Positions 56,929 through 64,000 of a stretch of 64,000 bases of DNA are shown here, in pieces (position 1 is the stretch's first letter; each line of letters starts with the position of its first letter). The position numbers and the translations under genes were made by a program. Under the pieces are notes generated by a model that made no database searches, had not been told where the DNA came from, and saw nothing but the letters and a program-made list of their open reading frames with translations. Origin of the DNA: an uncultured Clostridia bacterium (lineage in GTDB: Bacteria > Bacillota_I > Bacilli_A > RF39 > UBA660); contig CAMJWT010000001.1 of the NCBI GenBank assembly GCA_946409545.1, positions 71,483 to 135,482 of the forward strand, read 5' to 3'.

Positions 56929-58407
56929 ATGAAAAAGATAATCGAATTTTTTAAGAAAATATTTGCATGGATATTATCTTTATTCTTAGATAGAAAACAT
57001 CTAAAAAAGAATAGAATGAATAAAAAACGTGTTTATGCACATGAAGTAAGTAGTAAAGCTGTTCCCGTAAAAGAATTTAGTCATCGTGATGAAGATATGG
57101 GAAGTGCGCATGTTATTAAGTCATATCCATATACAGAAGCTAAAGAATTAAAATCTATTGTTGAATTAGTTGAAGAGTTAAAAGAGAAGATTATTAGTGA
57201 ACCTGATATTGAAAAGAAAGTTGATAGCAAAGAATTAGCTGAAACAATAAAGAAAATTGATGAAATAAAAGAAGTAGTTAATAAAAATTTAACGGTTATG
57301 CAAACAGAGGAAATTAAAGAGATTTTGCATGAATCAATTAAAGATCCTGAAGTTAGTGTAACAAAAGAAGAAAAAATAGATAAAATAAAGAAAGATATTA
57401 ACGAAGTAGTTGATAATAAATTAGATAAACATGAAAAAGATTTAATTGAAAAAGCATGTGAAAAATATGAGAAAGTAAATTATGTTATCGCTACAACAGT
57501 TGAGATAGAAGAAATCGAAAAAGATTTAAAAGACTTAGCAGATGAAATAAAAGTTAATAATCATAAGAAAAATTATTATGTCGATAAAATTAATGAAATT
57601 AAAAAGAAGATAGAAAGACTTCAAAAAATTAATAAGATACCTTCTGTTTATGAAGAACTTGAAAGATTAAAAGAAGATTTCTATACTAAAGAACATGATA
57701 AATATGACTTATTATATAATAAAGAAGTTTTTATTAATTTAGATCAACAATGTGATGAATTATTAGAAACTATTGAAACAAGAGAAAAAGAACAAGAAGT
57801 TATTAAAGTAGAACAAAAAGAAGCAAGAGAAGAAAGAGAAAGAGAAGAACATCAAAAAAGAGTTGAACAAGAACAACAAAGAGAAGAGGAACGAGAAAGA
57901 CGCCAAGCAGAAAAAGATGAATATATTGATAACATTATCAAAAGATATCGAGATTTAAAAATCGCTGCTGATTTAATCTCTACAGGAATTATTTTTCATG
58001 CTTTAAGGAAAAAGAATAAATCAATAGTTCAAGTATTACAAGATGATTATGATGATTTCTTGCGTGGTGAAGATGCTCCTTTTGAATTTGATCGAAATAG
58101 AAGGAAAACCGAAGTTGCTGTTCTTTATAATAATCTTTTAGAAACCTTAACAGGATATCAAGGATTACCTTTTGAACCTGTTATGCATATTAATTATCCA
58201 TATCAAAACTTATTAGAGGAAACTTTAGCGGTTAAAGATACTGTTGATCGTATGACAACAGCAAAAACCGGACATGATATGGTTATGGATGAAAAGTCAG
58301 TAATGGTATCTGATAAATTAAATTCTGAATTAACGATGGAAAAAGAAAATAATAGAGCTAAAGGTAAAGTTGATAAAGTATTAATTAGAAAAGTGGGAGA
58401 ACAATAG
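56929..58407 (+). CDS. Hypothetical Glu/Lys/Arg-rich coiled-coil protein
   Basis: 492 aa. Has 'REEREREEHQKRVEQEQQREEERERRQAEKDE'. The N-terminal hydrophobic stretch is a possible anchor. Confidence 0.45.
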   Translation: MKKIIEFFKKIFAWILSLFLDRKHLKKNRMNKKRVYAHEVSSKAVPVKEFSHRDEDMGSAHVIKSYPYTEAKELKSIVELVEELKEKIISEPDIEKKVDSKELAETIKKIDEIKEVVNKNLTVMQTEEIKEILHESIKDPEVSVTKEEKIDKIKKDINEVVDNKLDKHEKDLIEKACEKYEKVNYVIATTVEIEEIEKDLKDLADEIKVNNHKKNYYVDKINEIKKKIERLQKINKIPSVYEELERLKEDFYTKEHDKYDLLYNKEVFINLDQQCDELLETIETREKEQEVIKVEQKEAREEREREEHQKRVEQEQQREEERERRQAEKDEYIDNIIKRYRDLKIAADLISTGIIFHALRKKNKSIVQVLQDDYDDFLRGEDAPFEFDRNRRKTEVAVLYNNLLETLTGYQGLPFEPVMHINYPYQNLLEETLAVKDTVDRMTTAKTGHDMVMDEKSVMVSDKLNSELTMEKENNRAKGKVDKVLIRKVGEQ

Positions 58408-58450
58408 TTTTTTCTCACTTTTTTTGTTATAATCATAATAGAGAGAGATT

Positions 58451-58915
58451 ATGAAGAGATTTGTATTTGTTTTATTAATATTATTATTCATAACAGGCTG
58501 TGGTAATAAAGAAGAAGTACCTAAAGGTGATATTCTTGATTTTGATGTTCCTGAATCATTATCTAATTACTATGAATATGATATGTTTAGATATCATTTA
58601 AATATTCGATCTAAATATGAAGGAAAACCATATAATAATACAATCTTTTCGTTTGTTTTAAATAATAGTCAAGGAATGTATTTATTTAATTATAATCAAA
58701 TAACTAAAGATGATATTAATAAAGATTTATACCAAAGTAAAATAGTATCTAATAATAAATTATTTATGTACTATATTCTAGATGATACTATTAAGATTAT
58801 CTATGATATTGATAGTAACTATTACTTACAATTATCCATAAAATCACTTAATAGTGATATAAATGATATTGAAGAATTATTTAATTATTTTGATTTTGAT
58901 ATAACCATAATATAA
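58451..58915 (+). CDS. Hypothetical small lipoprotein
   Basis: Has the lipobox 'LFITGC'. 154 aa. Confidence 0.5.
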   Translation: MKRFVFVLLILLFITGCGNKEEVPKGDILDFDVPESLSNYYEYDMFRYHLNIRSKYEGKPYNNTIFSFVLNNSQGMYLFNYNQITKDDINKDLYQSKIVSNNKLFMYYILDDTIKIIYDIDSNYYLQLSIKSLNSDINDIEELFNYFDFDITII

Positions 58916-58961
58916 AAAATTGTCTAATAAAGAATTTTTGTTCTTTTTAGATCTTTTTTTG

Positions 58962-58990
58962 TTGTTATAAAAAAGTAGTTAAGATATAAT
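58962..58990 (+). promoter_or_regulatory. Putative sigma-A promoter
   Basis: TTGTTA, 17-nt spacer, then TATAAT. Confidence 0.4.
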
Positions 58991-59019
58991 TAAATAGATA
59001 GGATTAATAATGGTGGTAT

Positions 59020-60069
59020 ATGAAACTTATAACAAAGTTTTTTTTAACAATTGATTTCTTAATAATTTCATTGTTGGTATTAATATATGTACCATCATTT
59101 AAGAATATTCAAGAAATGTTTGTTAATGATATTTCAATTGGTAAAAACATAAAATATTTATCTTATGTTTTTTATGATGAAAAGAAAGTAGATAGTTTAA
59201 TTAATGATTATTATGAAGAATCTTCTTTTGAAGAACAATCATATGGAGATTCTTATATTAAAGTTCAAGATAAAATGAAATATGATAATATTTATGATCA
59301 ATTAGTTTTATCTAGAGATCCAGGTAATGATGATTATAAAGTAATTAAAACAATAATTGGTCGTTTCCCTGCATATATTGTTGTTATATATCATCCTGAA
59401 GATGTTCAACTATTAAGATCAAGAGCTTTTAATACACCTGATCGTTATTCAGGATTATCAACAGTTAAACAAATGACTAAAAGTGCTGGCGCTGTAGTTG
59501 GAATTAATGGTGGTGGCTTTAGAAGTGATTCAAGAACCTTTGGTATTGATACCCCAACTGGTTATATTATTAAAAATGGTGAGATTATATGGAATAGTAA
59601 GGGAAAGGGAAACCTTATTTGTATGACATATGATAATCAGTTAAAACTTATTAAAACGACAGGACAAGATGCTATCGAAAATCATAATGTTCGTGATGCT
59701 ATGCAATTTGGACCATTCTTAATAGTAGATGGAGTAAGTCAAAAGGTAGGTTATCATGCTGGAGGATTCCATCGAGCTGCAAGAACGGTTATCGCTCAAA
59801 GAAAAGATGGTATTATGTTATTTGTAGTAACCGATAACTATGGTAGTTTCTATGATGGACCAAATATGAGTGAAATCATTAAAAAACTAGAGTTATATGG
59901 TGTATATAATGCTGCTAATCTAGATGGTGGTGGTAGTGCTCAATTAGTAATTAATGGTAAACTATATAATCATCCAGTTAGTACTTATAATGTCCCTGTT
60001 AATGGTGGCAATGGTAGAAGTGTTGTTAATGGATGGGGATTAATTGTTGGAAGCGGAAATAAAGATTAG
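59020..60069 (+). CDS. Phosphodiester glycosidase family protein (NAGPA-like)
   Basis: N-terminal TM helix. Has the 'NLDGGGSAQLV' signature of the phosphodiester glycosidase family. Confidence 0.5.
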   Translation: MKLITKFFLTIDFLIISLLVLIYVPSFKNIQEMFVNDISIGKNIKYLSYVFYDEKKVDSLINDYYEESSFEEQSYGDSYIKVQDKMKYDNIYDQLVLSRDPGNDDYKVIKTIIGRFPAYIVVIYHPEDVQLLRSRAFNTPDRYSGLSTVKQMTKSAGAVVGINGGGFRSDSRTFGIDTPTGYIIKNGEIIWNSKGKGNLICMTYDNQLKLIKTTGQDAIENHNVRDAMQFGPFLIVDGVSQKVGYHAGGFHRAARTVIAQRKDGIMLFVVTDNYGSFYDGPNMSEIIKKLELYGVYNAANLDGGGSAQLVINGKLYNHPVSTYNVPVNGGNGRSVVNGWGLIVGSGNKD

Positions 60070-60100
60070 ATTATTATAATCTTTTTATAACGAGGAATGT

Positions 60101-61273
60101 ATGAAAAGAATGAAGATTGGATTATTTACAGATGCCTTTTTTCCTATGACAGATGGTGTCGGCATGGTCGTTCATAATTATGCAAAAAATTTGAATAAAT
60201 TTGCTGATGTAATTGTTTTTTGTGCAAAGTATAAAAAGATGTTTGATGATTCTATATTACCATATAAAGTAGTTAGATGTTCATCAATTAAAATGCCAAT
60301 AATTGATTATTCTTTACCAACGCCAGATATCGATTACAGCTTTATTAAAGAATTGGATAAATATGAATTAGACATTGTTCATATTCATTCACCATTTACT
60401 TTAGGAAAACTTGGTTTAAAGTATGCTAAAAAACATCATTTGCCTGTAGTTGCAACAATGCATAGTCAATATAAACAAGATTTTATGCGTGCAGTTAAAT
60501 TTGAAAATATGGCTAGTGTTTTAACTAAAGTAATTGTTGATGTTTATGATAAATGTACCGAATGTTGGGCTGTAAATACTGAAGTGGCGCGAATTTATTT
60601 TGAAGAATATGGGGTAAAAAAGATGCCACGTGTTATGAATAATGCAACGGAAATGATGCCATTAGAAGATAAAGAAAAAGCTAAGAAATTAATAAATCAA
60701 AAATGTCATCTTGACGATAAAACAAAAGTCTTTCTTTTTGTAGGTCGACTAAATAATTTAAAAAATATTTTTTTCATTGTTGATGTTATGAAATTAATAA
60801 AGAAGAATAATAAAAATTTAGATTTTAAAATGATTTATGTTGGTGAAGGACAAGATGAAAAAGAATTAAATAAAAGAATAAGTGATAATAATTTAGATGA
60901 AGATATTATCGTCTATGGAAAAGTTGATGATCGTGAATTATTAGCATCGTTTTATTGTAGAGCCGATTTATTTATTTTCCCATCTATGTATGATGCTTCA
61001 AGTATTGTTCAAATAGAAGCAGCTTCTCAAGAGACCCCAGGAATATTTGCTAGTGGATCTGCCACTTCAGCTACAATTGCTGATAATGTTAACGGTTTTA
61101 TTGAAGAATTAGATAGTAACAAGTTTATGAAGCGTATATTAAATATTATAAGTGATGAAAAAAAATTAAAGATTGTTGGTAAAAGAGCTTATAAAGATTT
61201 GTATGTTAATTGGGATAATAGAATTAAAGAAGTATATCATCGTTACCAAGAATTAGTTAAAGATAACAAGTAG
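60101..61273 (+). CDS. GT4 family glycosyltransferase (possible diacylglycerol glycosyltransferase/glycolipid synthase)
   Basis: GT-B fold with a C-terminal E-x7-E-like region ('IVQIEAASQETPGIFA'). N-terminus resembles known DAG glucosyltransferases. Confidence 0.6.
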   Translation: MKRMKIGLFTDAFFPMTDGVGMVVHNYAKNLNKFADVIVFCAKYKKMFDDSILPYKVVRCSSIKMPIIDYSLPTPDIDYSFIKELDKYELDIVHIHSPFTLGKLGLKYAKKHHLPVVATMHSQYKQDFMRAVKFENMASVLTKVIVDVYDKCTECWAVNTEVARIYFEEYGVKKMPRVMNNATEMMPLEDKEKAKKLINQKCHLDDKTKVFLFVGRLNNLKNIFFIVDVMKLIKKNNKNLDFKMIYVGEGQDEKELNKRISDNNLDEDIIVYGKVDDRELLASFYCRADLFIFPSMYDASSIVQIEAASQETPGIFASGSATSATIADNVNGFIEELDSNKFMKRILNIISDEKKLKIVGKRAYKDLYVNWDNRIKEVYHRYQELVKDNK

Positions 61274-61299
61274 GTGTACATTTGTACACCTCTTTTTTT
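61272..61299 (+). terminator. rho-independent terminator
   Basis: aggtgtaca-tt-tgtacacct followed by T7. Confidence 0.55.
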
Positions 61300-61398
61300 A
61301 TTGTTATTTAACGATATATCTATAAAAAATATTATTTTCTTTTTCTTTGTTATTTTAAAAAAATAATTAGTAACTTTTGGTGTAACAAGGAGGTATAG

Positions 61399-64000
61399 AT
61401 GAAAAAGTTACAAAAATTATTTTTAATTCTTATCATTTTATTATCAATGAAAGTATCTGCAAAAGAATATAGTGAAACTTTTATTGATAAAGCTAATTGG
61501 ATAAGTGGAGATTATGTTAACAAAGAGAAAGGAGGCAGTAAAAAATATCAACAAATGTATACTATCAAAAGAAAAAGTGATGGTAAGTTTGTATATTGTA
61601 TTGAACCAGGAGTATCGATTAAAGATGGAAAGATAATTAAAGGTTATGATGAAGATTATTTAGATGTTACCAAGTTCACTACTGAAGAATGGGATCGGAT
61701 AACTAAACTTGCGTATTATGGTTATGGTTATAAAGATAATAAATATGATCATACAGGGATTCATTGGTATACGATAACGCAATTTATGATTTGGAAGACG
61801 GTACCTAATGGTTATAATATCTATTTCACAGATAAATTAAATGGTAAAAAGATTGAAAAATATAATAAAGAAATGAAAGAGATGGAAGATATTTTAAGTA
61901 CATATCATATGTTACCATCATTTCATAATAAAACATTTAAATATTTAGTTAATGATAAAAAAGAGATTATAGATAATAATAATGTTTTATCTAGTTTTAA
62001 TCTATTAACAAAAGGCAATGTATCTATTAATGATAATAAATTAGTAATTAATAATAACAATGTAGGAACATTCCAATATGAGTTATCAAAATCATATAAT
62101 CGTTATGGTAATATTCCGATTGTTTATATTGATAGTTCATCACAAAATTTAATGAGTGTAGGTGATATTGAATCAAGTAAATCAATGGTAAAAATAATAA
62201 TTAATGATACAAAAGTAGTTGGGCATAAACTAGATAGTGAAACAATGGATAATAAAGGATTAGGAGAAGCAACTCTATCTGGAGCCGTTTATGGAATATA
62301 TGATAGTAATGATAAATTAGTTGAAGAAGTAATAACAGATAATAAGGGGGAATTTATAAGTAAATCATTACCATCTTATGGTAAATATTATATTAAAGAA
62401 ATAAAAGCATCGAATGGTTATAATTTAAATTCAAATAAATACTATTTTGAAGTATCAGAAACTAATTCTTTTCCAATAATAAACTTATACGAAGATGTCA
62501 TAAGAGGTAAACTAGAAATAACAAAATATTTATCATCAATTAATAATGGTAAAACATTTGAAAAAGACGCATTATTTCAAGTATTTGATAAAAATAATAA
62601 ATTATATAAAGAAGCTAAAAGTGATAGTAATGGTTATATTTTATTTGATTTACCTTATGGAAGTTATACTATTAAGCAAAAAAGTACAACTAATAATTAT
62701 AAAATGGTTGATGATTTTAAAGTTAGTATAACGAAAAATGAAATAATTAAAAAAGAGCTTATTGATGAATTAAAAGAAGCAAAGATCAAATTAATAAAAA
62801 GGGATTTAGAAACCAAAGAAATAATAAGAAAAGAATTAACTTTTAAAATATATGATATAGATCATAAAAAATATTTATGTGAGAATGATAATTGTACTTT
62901 TAAAACAAATAAAGATGGTTATTTTATAACAAATAAGGCTTATTTATATGGTAATTATCAAATAGAAGAACAAAATGAAAATTTAGATAATTATTATTGG
63001 AATAGTGAAGCATTATTTTTTAAAATTGATGATAATGTTAAAGATAAGTTAATAATTATTGATTTTTATAATAAAGAGATTAAAGGTAGTTTAGAATTTA
63101 CCAAATTAGATTTATCTACAAGTGAACCACTTCCTAACACCCTAATGGAAATATATGATATAAATGGAAATATTGTATTTAAGGGAAGAACTGATAATAA
63201 TGGCAAAATCAAAATTTTTGATTTGCCTTTCGGCAAATACTATTTAAAAGAACTAGAAGCCCCCCAAGGTTATATGGTTAATGAAGAGGTGATGGAATTT
63301 GAAATAAAATCTGATGAAATTGTTAAAAGTATGATGAAAGATGAAAGAAAGTTAGGAAAAATAAAAATAAAGAAAATAGGCGAAGAACCTGTAATAGATA
63401 ATGGTTATACATATGTTGATAAAAAACTAGCTAATGTATCATTTTCATTATTTGCAAGAGAAGATATTATTTTAAATAACAAAATAATCTTTAAAAAGAA
63501 TGATTTAGTTTATCAAGGCATAACTAATGAAGAAGGTGAACTATTAATCAATGATTTAATAATAGGTAAATATTACTTAAAAGAAGATAAAACTTTAGAA
63601 GGTTATCTAATTGATGATAAAGAATATGATTTTGAAATAAATAGTAATGAAGAAAAAGAAATTGTTGTTAAAAACTACTTAATAAAAGGTAGTATGGAAT
63701 TTACGAAAACTAGTTTTTCAACAAGTGAACCGCTTCCTAATACTTTAATGGAATTTTATGATAATAATGATAATTTAATTCTTCGTGATAGAACTGACTC
63801 TAATGGGCAAATTTTAATAAATTCTCTTCCTTACGGAAGTTATTATTATAAAGAACTAGAAGCCTCCGAAGGTTATTATGTGAATCCTGATAAACACTAT
63901 TTTGAAATTAAAGAAAATGGGGTAGTAGTTAAAGATAATTTAACTGATGATATGATTATTGTTCCTGATACTTATAAAGATAGTAATAACAATTATTTTA
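61399..64000 (+). CDS. Surface adhesin (3' end lies outside the window) with a putative N-terminal thioester domain followed by Cna-B/prealbumin-like repeat domains
   Basis: AAGGAGG RBS. Signal peptide 'MKKLQKLFLILIILLSMKVSA'. 'FVYCIEPG' and 'TITQFMIW' resemble the Cys and Gln motifs of Gram-positive thioester domains. Repeated 'TDxNGxIxIxxLPxGxYYxKELEAxxGY' is the Cna-B pattern. The frame stays open to the window end. Confidence 0.5.
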   Translation, partial: MKKLQKLFLILIILLSMKVSAKEYSETFIDKANWISGDYVNKEKGGSKKYQQMYTIKRKSDGKFVYCIEPGVSIKDGKIIKGYDEDYLDVTKFTTEEWDRITKLAYYGYGYKDNKYDHTGIHWYTITQFMIWKTVPNGYNIYFTDKLNGKKIEKYNKEMKEMEDILSTYHMLPSFHNKTFKYLVNDKKEIIDNNNVLSSFNLLTKGNVSINDNKLVINNNNVGTFQYELSKSYNRYGNIPIVYIDSSSQNLMSVGDIESSKSMVKIIINDTKVVGHKLDSETMDNKGLGEATLSGAVYGIYDSNDKLVEEVITDNKGEFISKSLPSYGKYYIKEIKASNGYNLNSNKYYFEVSETNSFPIINLYEDVIRGKLEITKYLSSINNGKTFEKDALFQVFDKNNKLYKEAKSDSNGYILFDLPYGSYTIKQKSTTNNYKMVDDFKVSITKNEIIKKELIDELKEAKIKLIKRDLETKEIIRKELTFKIYDIDHKKYLCENDNCTFKTNKDGYFITNKAYLYGNYQIEEQNENLDNYYWNSEALFFKIDDNVKDKLIIIDFYNKEIKGSLEFTKLDLSTSEPLPNTLMEIYDINGNIVFKGRTDNNGKIKIFDLPFGKYYLKELEAPQGYMVNEEVMEFEIKSDEIVKSMMKDERKLGKIKIKKIGEEPVIDNGYTYVDKKLANVSFSLFAREDIILNNKIIFKKNDLVYQGITNEEGELLINDLIIGKYYLKEDKTLEGYLIDDKEYDFEINSNEEKEIVVKNYLIKGSMEFTKTSFSTSEPLPNTLMEFYDNNDNLILRDRTDSNGQILINSLPYGSYYYKELEASEGYYVNPDKHYFEIKENGVVVKDNLTDDMIIVPDTYKDSNNNYF
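63091..63900 (+). repeat. Tandem coding repeats (~600-bp period) for Cna-B-like modules
   Basis: Near-identical DNA 'acaagtgaacc(a/g)cttcctaa(c/t)ac' at about 63118 and 63721. Protein level: 'FTKLDLSTSEPLPNTLMEIYD' versus 'FTKTSFSTSEPLPNTLMEFYD'. Confidence 0.45.

Noticed and set aside
60060-60090. Palindrome 'agattagattattataatct' after the phosphodiester-glycosidase gene, considered as a terminator
   Set aside because: The stem is short and AT-only and the T-run is weak. The downstream GT4 gene starts 30 nt later with its own RBS, so co-transcription is more likely.
1-64000. Search for rRNA, tRNA and CRISPR arrays
   Set aside because: No tRNA-like GC-rich cloverleaf segments (for example a GGTTCGAATCC T-loop) and no regularly spaced direct repeats were seen. 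Intergenic regions are short and explained by terminators and promoters.

Overview
This is a low-GC (roughly 28-30% by eye) Bacillota/Mollicutes-like chromosomal segment that uses the standard genetic code (TGA is used as a stop, e.g. at whiA and the 7404 ORF). Almost all genes are on the + strand and the window is dense with housekeeping genes: rplJ(3' end)-rplL, uvrA, lgt-whiA, gap, ftsEX, an N-domain-less clpB preceded by a CIRCE operator, rpsF-ssb-rpsR, rplI-dnaB, rlmH, ung, rpoB-rpoC and pgk-tpiA. There are also cell-wall genes: a LysM/G5/M23 peptidase, a FemAB-family transferase, an S41 peptidase and a GT4 glycosyltransferase. I found no rRNA, tRNA, CRISPR array or clear transposase. Embedded in this core are several unusual accessory modules. 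(1) Two loci (16.8-19.4 kb and 21.7-25.7 kb) each combine a pair of small WXG100-like proteins with a large protein that lacks a signal peptide, is C-terminally membrane-anchored, carries tandem beta-rich repeats and ends in an acidic tail. Two further WXG-like ~220-aa paralogs flank ung. I consider this the best candidate for an undescribed secretion/surface system. (2) A cluster of zinc-ribbon proteins with Tim44/NTF2-like domains plus a COG4260-like SPFH protein (0.7-4.4 kb). (3) A 739-aa Gly-rich membrane protein with a Pro/Thr linker and a Cys-containing C-terminal domain. (4) A translationally coupled three-gene operon of unknown, highly acidic proteins immediately upstream of rpoB. (5) An HNH-like protein overlapping the tpiA stop, followed by a Spo0A-like regulator with a degenerate receiver domain. 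(6) A partial thioester-domain/Cna-B repeat adhesin at the 3' end. All calls rest on reading the motifs in the supplied translations and DNA; no database searches were run.
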